Shown here in pieces: positions 1 through 7,824 of a DNA stretch of 32,000 bases. The first letter of the stretch is position 1. Each line of letters opens with the position of its first letter. Made by a program: the position numbers and the translations under genes. The notes under the pieces are model-generated. The model was given only the letters and a program-made list of their open reading frames with translations, ran no database searches and had not been told where the DNA came from. Source of the stretch: Longivirga aurantiaca (GTDB taxonomy: Bacteria > Actinomycetota > Actinomycetes > S36-B12 > CAIYMF01); contig NZ_JBHSTI010000058.1 of assembly GCF_042660085.1 (NCBI RefSeq), forward strand, positions 1-32,000, read 5' to 3'.

Positions 1-1483
1 GAGCACCGCCGATCTCGCCGCCGCCAGCCGTCTGCGCTCCACGTTCCTCGACGCCGGGTTCACCGCCGACGGGCTGCTCGCCGTCCTGGGCCCGAGCGCG
101 TACGCCGCCCTCGGGCGCGGCGAGCCCGTGCCTGCCCGGCGGATGCTCGCCGGCCGCAGCGGTGCCGACGTCGTGCTCGCGCACCTGTTCGTCCTCGGCG
201 ACGCCGTACCCCGCGAGGCCGTGGCACGGCACCTCCCGCTCGACGACCTCCTCGCCCTCGGGCTCGTCGGCGGGGGAGCCGAGCTCAGGGCAGCCGTGGA
301 CGTCCGGCCGTACGGCGAGCCCGACACCGACTGGTACGTCGTGAGCGACCACGGGCCGGACTCGAGCGGCCACACGGTGCCGGAGGTGGCGGTCGACCAC
401 GTGCTGGGCGTGGGCGGGGCGAGCCTGACCCTCGCGCGCATCACGCCGCGAGCGCAGGTCGACCGCGCCCTCGACCTCGGCACGGGCTGCGGCGTCCAGG
501 CCCTGCACCTCGGGCGGCATGCGCGCGAGATCGTCGCGACCGACCGCAACCGTCGGGCGCTGCGCCTCGCGGCGCTGTCGGCCGCGCTCTCCGGGCAGCA
601 GTGGGACCTGCGCGAGGGGTCGCTGTTCGAGCCGGTCGGCGGCGAGCAGTTCGACCTCGTGGTCTCCAACCCGCCGTTCGTGATCTCGCCCGGGCACCGC
701 TACACGTATCGCGACGCGGGCCTGCCCGCCGACGACCTCGGGCGGCTCCTGGTGCAGCAGGCGCCGTCGCACCTGCGCGACGGCGGCACCGCGGTGGTGC
801 TGGCCAACTGGCTGCATGTGCGCGGTGAGGACTGGCGCGAGCGCGTCGCCACCTGGGTCGAGGGCACCGGGTGCGACGCGTGGGTCGCCCAGCGCGAGGT
901 GCAGGACCCGGCCGAGTACGTCGGGCTCTGGCTGCGCGACGCGGGCGGCGGGGAGGACCGCGCCGAGCACGACCGCCGCTACGGCGAGTGGCTCGACGCG
1001 CTCGCGGACATGGCCGCCGAGGGCATCGGCTTCGGCTGGATCGTGCTGCTCAAGGGGGGCACGTACGGCGCGCAGGGCCCGCGGGTCGAGGACGTGGCGC
1101 ACGCGCCGCGCCTGCCCGACGGCGCCGAGGTGTCGGGCCTCGTGTCTGCGCGCGCGGCGTGGGCGGGCACCGACGCGTTCGCGCTGCTGGAGTCGACGCC
1201 GCGGCGCGTCGAGGGGCTGCGCCTCGTGGAGTCCGACGTGGCGGGGTACGACGGGCGGCTCGGCGCGACGCCGCCGCGGCTCTCGGTGCTGGACGGGTGG
1301 CGGCCCGAGGTCGTCCTCGACTCCGTAGGCGCGCACCTCGTCCGCACCTTCGACGGCGCCACGACCGTGACCGAGGCGGTCGACCGTGCCGCCGTGGTGT
1401 TCGACCTCGACGCCGACGACGTGCTGCCGGGTGCGCTCATCGCCGTACGCGGCCTGGTCGAGGAGGGCTTCCTCCGCCTGTAG
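1..1483 (+). CDS. Class I SAM-dependent methyltransferase (HemK/RlmG-like), 5' truncated by the window edge
   Basis: Frame is open from position 2 with no stop before the annotated start at 128; contains LDLGTGCGVQALHL (SAM motif I) and VVSNPPF (NPPF catalytic motif of N-/RNA methyltransferases). Confidence 0.85.
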   Translation, partial: STADLAAASRLRSTFLDAGFTADGLLAVLGPSAYAALGRGEPVPARRMLAGRSGADVVLAHLFVLGDAVPREAVARHLPLDDLLALGLVGGGAELRAAVDVRPYGEPDTDWYVVSDHGPDSSGHTVPEVAVDHVLGVGGASLTLARITPRAQVDRALDLGTGCGVQALHLGRHAREIVATDRNRRALRLAALSAALSGQQWDLREGSLFEPVGGEQFDLVVSNPPFVISPGHRYTYRDAGLPADDLGRLLVQQAPSHLRDGGTAVVLANWLHVRGEDWRERVATWVEGTGCDAWVAQREVQDPAEYVGLWLRDAGGGEDRAEHDRRYGEWLDALADMAAEGIGFGWIVLLKGGTYGAQGPRVEDVAHAPRLPDGAEVSGLVSARAAWAGTDAFALLESTPRRVEGLRLVESDVAGYDGRLGATPPRLSVLDGWRPEVVLDSVGAHLVRTFDGATTVTEAVDRAAVVFDLDADDVLPGALIAVRGLVEEGFLRL

Positions 1484-1498
1484 CCGCGGTGACGCGGC

Positions 1499-2017
1499 TC
1501 AGGCGCGGCGGGGCTTGGACGCCGTGGGCGCGTGCCCGTGCGCCACGATCTCCGCGGTCTGCGGCGCCGCCACCTCGAGCACCTTGCGCGCGATGCGTCC
1601 GAGCTGGTCGAGCTGCGTCGGGGTCAGCACGTCGACCACGAGCCGCCGGGCCTCGCGCACGTGCGCCGGCGCGCACTCCTTCATCTTCGCGCGGCCGGCG
1701 GGGGTCAGCACGGCCTCGACCGCGCGCGGATCGTCGTCGGCCTGACGGCGGACGACGAAGCCCTGCTTCTCCAGCCGACCTACGGCGTGCGAGAGCCGCG
1801 ACGGCGAGCCGCTCGCGAAGGCGGCGAGCGCGCTCATGCGGATGGCGTGGTCGGGGGCGTCGGACAGCCCGGCCATCACCTGGTACTCGAACGAGTTGAG
1901 CCCTGCGTCGCGCTTCAGCTGCGCGTCGATCGCGGCGGGCAGCGCCTCGAGCAGCACCGAGAGCGCGATCCACGAGCGCAGCTGCTCGGGGGTGAGCCAG
2001 GGGACGTCGTCAGCCAT
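1499..2017 (-). CDS. MarR family transcriptional regulator
   Basis: 172 aa with winged-helix pattern 'DHAIRMSALAAFASGSPSRLSHAVGRLEKQGFVVRRQADDDPRAVEAVLTPAGRAKM'; divergent from the DoxX-like gene. Confidence 0.9.
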   Translation of the reverse strand: MADDVPWLTPEQLRSWIALSVLLEALPAAIDAQLKRDAGLNSFEYQVMAGLSDAPDHAIRMSALAAFASGSPSRLSHAVGRLEKQGFVVRRQADDDPRAVEAVLTPAGRAKMKECAPAHVREARRLVVDVLTPTQLDQLGRIARKVLEVAAPQTAEIVAHGHAPTASKPRRA

Positions 2018-2043
2018 GGGCGAAGGTTAGCGGAGAGTGATAC

Positions 2044-2092
2044 TTGAACATTCAACTCAAAGGGGTTACGGTGATTTCAGTTGAACATTCAA
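2044..2092. promoter_or_regulatory. Two identical TTGAACATTCAA operator-like boxes in the MarR/DoxX divergent promoter
   Basis: TTGAACATTCAA at 2044-2055 and 2081-2092, each TTGAA-CA-TTCAA with perfect 5-bp arms, 37 bp start to start. Confidence 0.75.
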
Positions 2093-2105
2093 TACAGGAG
2101 CTGAC

Positions 2106-2480
2106 ATGAACATCGCACTCTGGATCGTCGCCGGGATCGCTGCTGCGGCCTTCCTCGCCGCCGGCCTCATGAAGATCACCGGCAAGCGCGAGCAGCTGCT
2201 CGAGCGCATGGCCTGGGTCGCCGACTACTCGCAGACGCAGGTCAAGGTGATCGGCGTCGTCGAGGTGCTCGGCGCGCTCGGCCTGATCCTGCCGGCCGTC
2301 ACGGGCATCGCACCGATCCTGGTGCCGGTCGCGGCGACCGGTCTCGTCATCGTGATGGTGCTCGCGGCAGCCATGCACCTGCGCCGCGGCGACGGCTTCG
2401 CCGCAGTCGTCCCCAACATCGTGCTGGGCCTCATGGCCGCCTTCGTGGCCTGGGGCCGCTTCGGCGCCTACGCGTTCTGA
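2106..2480 (+). CDS. DoxX-like family membrane protein
   Basis: 124 aa hydrophobic four-TM-like protein 'FLAAGLMKITGKREQLLERMAWV...VEVLGALGLILPAVTG' typical of DoxX-like proteins. Confidence 0.8.
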   Translation: MNIALWIVAGIAAAAFLAAGLMKITGKREQLLERMAWVADYSQTQVKVIGVVEVLGALGLILPAVTGIAPILVPVAATGLVIVMVLAAAMHLRRGDGFAAVVPNIVLGLMAAFVAWGRFGAYAF

Positions 2481-2491
2481 TCGCGACGGAC

Positions 2492-2533
2492 GCATGACGG
2501 AGGCCCCCGCCGAGGCGGGGGCCTCCGTCATGC
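2492..2533. terminator. Bidirectional intrinsic-type hairpin between convergent DoxX and glutamine synthetase-like genes
   Basis: Perfect 20-bp inverted repeat GCATGACGGAGGCCCCCGCC / GGCGGGGGCCTCCGTCATGC in the convergent intergenic gap. Confidence 0.8.
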
Positions 2534-2535
2534 GG

Positions 2536-3879
2536 CTACAGGTGGTAGGCGTACTCGCGGAACTCCCAGTCGGTGACGAACCGCGAGAAGCGCTCGACCT
2601 CGTTGCGCTTGTACGTCAGGAACGAGTTCACGAAGAACTCGCCGAGCACCTCGGCCAGCGCGGTGTCGGCCTCGAGCGCGTCGAGCGCCTCGGGCAGCGA
2701 CTGCGGCAGCATCGGTGCGCTCTCGGGGTCGTAGCCGTAGCCCTCGAGCGGCGCGGCGGGCTCGAGCGTGTCGCGCACGCCGAGGTAGATCGCCGCGCTG
2801 ACGGCGGCCATGGCGAGGTACGGGTTCGCCGTCGCGTCGCCGAGGCGCACCTCCATGCGGGCAGCACCCCCGCGCTCCGGCGGGATGCGGACCATCGCGC
2901 TGCGGTTGTCCAGGCCCCAGTCGATGAGCCAGGGGGCGAGGGTGTCGGGCCCGAACCGCTTGTACGAGTTGATGGTCGGGTTGAGGATCGCGGCGAGCGC
3001 CGGGGCGTGCGCGAGGACGCCGGCGATGGCGGCGCGACCGGTGGCCGAGAGACCGTCCACGCCGGCGGGGTCGCCGAACACGTTCGTGCCGTCGGCGTCG
3101 ACGAGCGAGATGTGCAGGTGGAAGCCGCTGCCGCCCTCCTCGTTGAACGGCTTCGCCATGAACGTCGCGAGCATGCCCTCGTGCCGAGCGATCTCCTGCA
3201 CAGCCGACTTCATGCGGAACGCGCGGTCCGCGGCGTCGAGCAGGTCGGAGTGGTTGAGGTTGATCTCGAACTGGCCGGGCGAGAACTCGTGGTTGGCCGC
3301 CGTCACCTGCAGCGAGGCGTCGCGCATGTTGCGCAGCATCGTGAGGAGCATGCCGCGGGGGTCGCCCTTGCGGCCGACGACGTACACGTTGCCGGGCTGG
3401 TCGGCGTACCGGCTCCAGCCCGTCGGGCTCGAGGAGTCGGGCTCGAGGAGGTAGAACTCGAGCTCCGGGCCGATCACCGCGCTGACGCCGAGCTCGCTCA
3501 GCTTGGCCGAGACGCGGCGGGCGACCTCGCGGGGCGACTCCTCGGCTGCGAGGCCGCCGAGGACGCTGGTGTCGGCGAGGCACCACGCGGCGCCCGGCTC
3601 CCACGGCAGGTTCGTGAGCGTGGTGAGGTCGGGGCGCGCGCTGATGTCGGGCAGGCCGCTCTCGATGCCGCCCTGCACCGGGACGACGTCGCCCATCGGG
3701 GTCGTGTGGTAGACCGCGCGGCAGAACGCGATGCCGTGGCCCATGACGCTCTGGAGCTCGTCGATGAGCACGTCGCGGCCGCGGTCGACACCGATGAGGT
3801 CCGGGTACGACACGCGGATCACGTCGATGCCCTTGGCGCGCAGGTCCTCGACCAGCGAGCTCACGTCAACCTGGTCCAT
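2536..3879 (-). CDS. Glutamine synthetase family protein, probable catabolic gamma-glutamyl-amine/polyamine ligase (PuuA/GlnA3/GlnA4-type)
   Basis: 447 aa 'MDQVDVSSLVEDLRAKGIDVIRVSYPDLIGVDRGRD...EFYLLE...GSGFHLHISL...NPTINSYKRFGPDTLAPWLIDWGLDNRSAMVRIP...NSFLTYKRNEVERFSRFVTDWEFREYAYHL'; C-terminus lacks an evident GlnA adenylylation loop; next to amidotransferase-type hydrolases. Confidence 0.85.
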   Translation of the reverse strand: MDQVDVSSLVEDLRAKGIDVIRVSYPDLIGVDRGRDVLIDELQSVMGHGIAFCRAVYHTTPMGDVVPVQGGIESGLPDISARPDLTTLTNLPWEPGAAWCLADTSVLGGLAAEESPREVARRVSAKLSELGVSAVIGPELEFYLLEPDSSSPTGWSRYADQPGNVYVVGRKGDPRGMLLTMLRNMRDASLQVTAANHEFSPGQFEINLNHSDLLDAADRAFRMKSAVQEIARHEGMLATFMAKPFNEEGGSGFHLHISLVDADGTNVFGDPAGVDGLSATGRAAIAGVLAHAPALAAILNPTINSYKRFGPDTLAPWLIDWGLDNRSAMVRIPPERGGAARMEVRLGDATANPYLAMAAVSAAIYLGVRDTLEPAAPLEGYGYDPESAPMLPQSLPEALDALEADTALAEVLGEFFVNSFLTYKRNEVERFSRFVTDWEFREYAYHL

Positions 3880-3915
3880 GCGGGGCTCTCCTGGTCTCGA
3901 GCGACGGGAACAGTC

Positions 3916-3929
3916 GTTCGGATGCGAAC
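3916..3929. promoter_or_regulatory. Operator-like palindrome GTTCGGATGCGAAC upstream of the GS-like gene
   Basis: GTTCG-GATG-CGAAC, one of six related 14-mers in the window. Confidence 0.6.
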
Positions 3930-4020
3930 GATGGGGGAACGATAGTGGGAGCGATGCCCCGTGGGAAGAGGCTCGCGCAAACTCGCCCGCGCCCTTGCGG
4001 CACCGGGGGTCGGGCCATAT

Positions 4021-4034
4021 GTTCGGGCCCGAAC
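4021..4034. promoter_or_regulatory. Operator-like perfect palindrome GTTCGGGCCCGAAC upstream of the amidotransferase gene
   Basis: 14-bp perfect palindrome 15 nt before the GTG at 4049. Confidence 0.65.
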
Positions 4035-4048
4035 GAGAGGAGCCGCCC

Positions 4049-4762
4049 GTGCGCGCGCTGTTCATCCAGCAGGACCACGTCTCGCCCGTCGGGCCCGTGG
4101 GCGACCAGCTCGAGGCGCGCGGGTACGCCATCGAGGAGTTCGTCGTCGTCCCCGAGGACAGGTTCCACGAGCCCAATGTGGCAGCGGTGTTCCCGGACCC
4201 GCGCGACTTCGACGTGATCGTGCCGATGGGCGCCCCCTGGTCGGTGTACGACGAGCCCACGATCGGGGCCTGGATCCTCGAGGAGCTGACCTTCCTCCGG
4301 ACGGCGCACCAGGCGGGCGTGCCCGTGCTCGGCATCTGCTTCGGCGGCCAGGCGCTCGCGAGCGCGCTCGGCGGTGGCGTGGAGCGCGCGCCTGAGGCCG
4401 AGGTCGGCTGGTACGAGGTCGACAGCGCCGACCCGGCGCTGGTCGAGCCGGGGCCGTGGTTCCAGTGGCACCACGACCGGTGGATCTCGCCACCCGGATC
4501 GGAGGTCCTCGCGCGGACGCCGCGGGCCGAGCAGGCCTTCACCATCGGGCGCAGCATGGGCGTGCAGTTCCACCCCGAGCTCACGCCGTCCTCGCTCCAG
4601 GGGTGGTTCGACAACGGTGGGGCTGCGTACCTCGAGGCGCACGGCGAGGACGCCGACGCCCTCATGACGCGCACGGTGGCGACCGCGGCCGACGCGCAGG
4701 CCCGCAGCCGCCGGCTCGTGGACCGCTTCCTCGACCGGGTCGCCTCGCGGCCAGTGGGCTGA
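4049..4762 (+). CDS. Class I glutamine amidotransferase-like protein
   Basis: 'VRALFIQQDHVSPVGPVGDQL...VPVLGICFGGQALASALGGGVERAPEAEVGW...MGVQFHPEL' gives the Cys nucleophile and His-x-Glu of the class I triad. Start placed at GTG 4049 rather than the longer track ORF. Confidence 0.85.
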   Translation: MRALFIQQDHVSPVGPVGDQLEARGYAIEEFVVVPEDRFHEPNVAAVFPDPRDFDVIVPMGAPWSVYDEPTIGAWILEELTFLRTAHQAGVPVLGICFGGQALASALGGGVERAPEAEVGWYEVDSADPALVEPGPWFQWHHDRWISPPGSEVLARTPRAEQAFTIGRSMGVQFHPELTPSSLQGWFDNGGAAYLEAHGEDADALMTRTVATAADAQARSRRLVDRFLDRVASRPVG

Positions 4763-4769
4763 GCCGGGC

Positions 4770-4783
4770 GTGCGGACCCGAAC
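4770..4783. promoter_or_regulatory. Operator-like site GTGCGGACCCGAAC upstream of the MarR gene
   Basis: GTGCG-GACC-CGAAC, one mismatch to the dyad consensus; followed by a -10-like TAGACT about 8 nt before the GTG at 4805. Confidence 0.55.
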
Positions 4784-4804
4784 GACTCTCGTAGACTCCG
4801 CTGC

Positions 4805-5479
4805 GTGGCTGCCGTGAGCTCGTCGGACAAGGCTGGGTCGCGGGCCGCCTCGGGCGCGCGCCGCGTCGCCGCGCACGTCGTCCACCCGGACGACTGCGAC
4901 CCGAGCACCTGCCCCTGCGACGACGCGGAGTGCTCGTTGAGCAAGTACGTGCGGGCCACGAATGCGGCGGCCGACCCCAGCCCCACCGGCGAGCACACGC
5001 TCGAGGCCACCGAGCAGGCGGTCGCCGAGCGGCTCAAGGGCCTCGAGGTCGACATGGGCGCGATGGCCGCCGTCTCGAACATCTACCGGGCCGCGAACGC
5101 CGTCCGCAACCACCTCGAGCGCACGGTGCTCGCCCCGCACGAGCTCACCTGGACCGGCTGGGTCGTGCTCTGGGTCGTGTGGATCTGGGGCGACATCGAG
5201 AGCCGGCACGTCGCCGCCGAGGCGGGCATCTCCAAGGGCACGCTGACCGGCGTCCAGAACACCCTCATCGCACGCGGGCTCGTGAAGCGGCGGGTGCACC
5301 CCGACGACGCGCGCCGCGTGCTGCTCTCGCTCTCGCCCAAGGGCCAGCGCCTGATGTCCGAGGTGTTCCCGAAGTTCAACGCCGAGGAGGCGTTCGTCTC
5401 GAGCCAGCTCGACGCCGCCGCCAAGCTCGCCATGGCCCGCTCCCTGCGCACCGTCGTCAAGCAGGCCGAGAACGCCTGA
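4805..5479 (+). CDS. MarR-type wHTH regulator with N-terminal Cys-rich extension; candidate regulator of the surrounding cluster
   Basis: 'HPDDCDPSTCPCDDAECSLSKYV' followed by 'LTWTGWVVLWVVWIWGDIESRHVAAEAGISKGTLTGVQNTLIARGLVKRRVHPDDARRVLLSLSPKGQRLM'. Confidence 0.8.
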   Translation: MAAVSSSDKAGSRAASGARRVAAHVVHPDDCDPSTCPCDDAECSLSKYVRATNAAADPSPTGEHTLEATEQAVAERLKGLEVDMGAMAAVSNIYRAANAVRNHLERTVLAPHELTWTGWVVLWVVWIWGDIESRHVAAEAGISKGTLTGVQNTLIARGLVKRRVHPDDARRVLLSLSPKGQRLMSEVFPKFNAEEAFVSSQLDAAAKLAMARSLRTVVKQAENA

Positions 5480-5550
5480 CTCGCTCTGTGTGCGATGAAG
5501 GCGACCTTCATCCAATAGAGCCGAACAATTCCGGCCATCACGGCCGGTGG

Positions 5551-6255
5551 TCAGCGGGCGGCGTCGACGAGGGCGCGGAAGAGGGCCAGCTGCGCGGGGT
5601 CGGTGCCGTACGTGTCCTCGGGGTGCCACTGGACGGCGAGGAACCAGCCCTTCGCGTCCGGGAGCACCGCACCCTCGACCGTGCCGTCGGCCGCGTGCGC
5701 CACGGGCACGAGGCCGTCTGCCAGGCGGCTGACCCGCTGGTGGTGGTAGCACGACGCAGCGACGGTCGGCCCGACGACGTCGGCGAGCACGCTGCCGGCG
5801 TCGACCGACACCTCGTGCACCACGTGCCGGTGCGGCTCGGCCATGTGCTGCTCGAGCTCGCCGCCGAGCGCGACGTTCACTACCTGCCATCCGCGGCAGA
5901 CCGCGAGCAGCGGCGTACCCGACTCGACCGCCCATCGCGCCACCGCGAGGTCGAAGGCGTCCTGCTCGACGTCGACGTCGTACACGTCGTCGCTCTGGAT
6001 CTCCTGCCCGTACGTCGACGGGTCGAGGTCGCCGCCGCCCGGGAGGAGCACGGCGTCCACGAACGACAGCCGCCGCGCGACGTCGTCCGCGCTCACCACG
6101 CCGTCCGGCGCCCAGGGGTGGATCGTCACGGGCTCGCCGCCGGCCAGCAGCACGGCCTCGGACAGCGCACGCGCGTTGGTGATCGCGCGGTGGCGGTGCG
6201 CGGACGCCGAGGACGAGAACCGAGCAGGGATCGCGACGATCGGTGTCCGCGACAT
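5551..6255 (-). CDS. Gamma-glutamyl-gamma-aminobutyrate hydrolase family protein (PuuD-like, peptidase C26)
   Basis: 234 aa 'MSRTPIVAIPARFSS...VDAVLLPGGGDLDPSTYGQ...DAFDLAVARWAVESGTPLLAVCRGWQVVNVALGGEL...FLAVQWHPEDT'. Confidence 0.88.
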   Translation of the reverse strand: MSRTPIVAIPARFSSSASAHRHRAITNARALSEAVLLAGGEPVTIHPWAPDGVVSADDVARRLSFVDAVLLPGGGDLDPSTYGQEIQSDDVYDVDVEQDAFDLAVARWAVESGTPLLAVCRGWQVVNVALGGELEQHMAEPHRHVVHEVSVDAGSVLADVVGPTVAASCYHHQRVSRLADGLVPVAHAADGTVEGAVLPDAKGWFLAVQWHPEDTYGTDPAQLALFRALVDAAR

Positions 6256-6284
6256 CTCTTGACGCCTCCGCAGCCGGGCCATAC

Positions 6285-6298
6285 GTTTGTGTCCGAAC
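6285..6298. promoter_or_regulatory. Operator-like site GTTTGTGTCCGAAC between the divergent PuuD-like and ALDH genes
   Basis: GTTTG-TGTC-CGAAC; the wider context GGGCCATAyGTTyG...CCGAACGAkAG also matches the 4012-4038 region. Confidence 0.6.
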
Positions 6299-6350
6299 GA
6301 TAGCCCGGACCGGCTCGCTCGACCACCCCATCCTCGCGGAGGCCCGCTCC

Positions 6351-7823
6351 ATGACCAAGGCAGTCGTCGCCGGCGTCGAGATCGACACCCGGCACTGGAT
6401 CGGTGGCGAGCGCGTCGCGAGCGCGACGACGTTCGAGGACGTCTCGCCGCTCGACGGAACGGTCATCGCCGAGGTGAGCCGGGGAGGCCAGGCCGAGGTC
6501 GACGCCGCGGTCGCCGCGGCCAAGGCCGCGTTCCCCGCCTGGGCCGCGCTTCCGGTCGCGGAGCGCTCGGCCATCCTGCTGAAGGTCGCCGAGGGCATCG
6601 AGGCGCACATCGAGGACCTCGCGCAGGTCGAGACGCGCGACAACGGCTCGCTGCTGCGCTCGCACCGCCGCGGCGTCATGCCGCGCGTCGCGATGAACAT
6701 CCGCTTCTTCGCCGAGTACGCCATGACGGAGCTCGGCCACCCCGACTTCGACACCCGCGGCCACCGCAACCACGTGAGCTGGGACCCGGCCGGCGTCACC
6801 GCGATCGTCACCCCGTGGAACGCGCCGCTGATGCTCGCCACCTGGCGCATCGGCCCCGCGCTCGCGGCGGGCAACACCGTGGTGGCCAAGCCCCCGGAGT
6901 GGGCGCCGCTGACCGCGTCGCTCTTCGCCGACATCGCGCACGAGGCCGGGCTCCCCGCCGGCGTCTTCAACGTGGTGCAGGGGCTCGGTACGGAGGCAGG
7001 TGCGCCGCTCGTCGCGCATCCCGACGTACGCCGGGTCTGCTTCACCGGATCGGTGCCGACGTCGATCAAGATCGGCGAGTCGGCGGCGCGCAACGTGACG
7101 CCGGTGAGCTTCGAGCTCGGCGGCAAGTCGCCGCTGCTGGTCTTCGACGACGCCGACCTCGACCTCGCGGTCGATCTCGCGGTGGAGCAGTTCGACAACT
7201 CCGGCCAGGTCTGCCTCGCCGCCGTCCGCCTCCTCGTGCAGGACGGCATCTATGACGAGTTCCGCACGCGGTTCCTCGAGCGCGCTGCGCAGGTGACGCA
7301 GGGCGACAGCCGCGAGGAGTCGTCCGACATCGGTCCGCTGGTGAGCCGGACGCACTTCGAGCGCGTCGACGGCTTCGTGAAGCGCGCGGTCGCCGACGGC
7401 GCCCAGGTGATCCTCGGCGGCGAGCCGAACCACGAGCTCAACAATGCGACCGGCGGATTCTTCTACAAGCCGACGGTGTTCGAGGGCGTGGACAGCTCGA
7501 TGGAGATCACCTGCCAGGAGGTCTTCGGCCCGGTGCTGACGCTGCAGCGGTTCTCCACGGAGGAGGACGGAGTACGCATGGCCAACGACACCGAGTTCGG
7601 CCTCGCGGCCACGCTCGTGACGGGAAGCCAGGAGCGTGCCGAGCGAGTGTCGTCCCGGCTGCGGGCAGGCACGGTGTGGATCAACTGCTTCTTCGTCCGC
7701 GACCTCTCCGCCCCGTTCGGCGGCAGCGGCCGGTCGGGGATCGGTCGCGAGGGCGGCATCTGGTCGTTCGACTTCTACTGCGACGTCAAGAACTCCGTGT
7801 TCGCCCCGAAGGGATGGAACTGA
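6351..7823 (+). CDS. Aldehyde dehydrogenase, HpaE-like (5-carboxymethyl-2-hydroxymuconate semialdehyde dehydrogenase type)
   Basis: ALDH motifs 'VTPWNAPLMLATWRIGPALAAGNTVVAKP', 'FELGGKSPLLVFDDADLD', 'NSGQVCLA'; C-terminus 'FFVRDLSAPFGGSGRSGIGREGGIWSFDFYCDVKN' resembles HpaE. Confidence 0.87.
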   Translation: MTKAVVAGVEIDTRHWIGGERVASATTFEDVSPLDGTVIAEVSRGGQAEVDAAVAAAKAAFPAWAALPVAERSAILLKVAEGIEAHIEDLAQVETRDNGSLLRSHRRGVMPRVAMNIRFFAEYAMTELGHPDFDTRGHRNHVSWDPAGVTAIVTPWNAPLMLATWRIGPALAAGNTVVAKPPEWAPLTASLFADIAHEAGLPAGVFNVVQGLGTEAGAPLVAHPDVRRVCFTGSVPTSIKIGESAARNVTPVSFELGGKSPLLVFDDADLDLAVDLAVEQFDNSGQVCLAAVRLLVQDGIYDEFRTRFLERAAQVTQGDSREESSDIGPLVSRTHFERVDGFVKRAVADGAQVILGGEPNHELNNATGGFFYKPTVFEGVDSSMEITCQEVFGPVLTLQRFSTEEDGVRMANDTEFGLAATLVTGSQERAERVSSRLRAGTVWINCFFVRDLSAPFGGSGRSGIGREGGIWSFDFYCDVKNSVFAPKGWN

Positions 7824-7824
7824 C

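Noticed and set aside
128-1483. Start of the methyltransferase at 128 as given by the ORF track
   Set aside because: The frame is open back to position 2 with plausible coding sequence (LRSTFLDAGFTADGLLAVLGPSAYAALGRGEPV), so the gene starts outside the window.
2494-3945. 483-aa plus-strand ORF antisense to the GS-like gene
   Set aside because: Shadow ORF created by high GC3 codon bias, with His/Val/Arg-rich low-complexity translation.
3731-4762. 343-aa plus-strand ORF as the full amidotransferase gene
   Set aside because: The first ~100 residues overlap the GS-like gene antisense and show no family similarity; the real start is most likely GTG at 4049.
2536-5082. 848-aa minus-strand ORF as a giant GS protein
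   Set aside because: The N-terminal 400 residues are the antisense shadow of the amidotransferase and MarR genes; homology begins at ATG 3879.
5513-5526. A seventh operator site near 5521
   Set aside because: Only the CCGAAC half matches; the left half (CAATAG) does not fit, and the location is a convergent gap.
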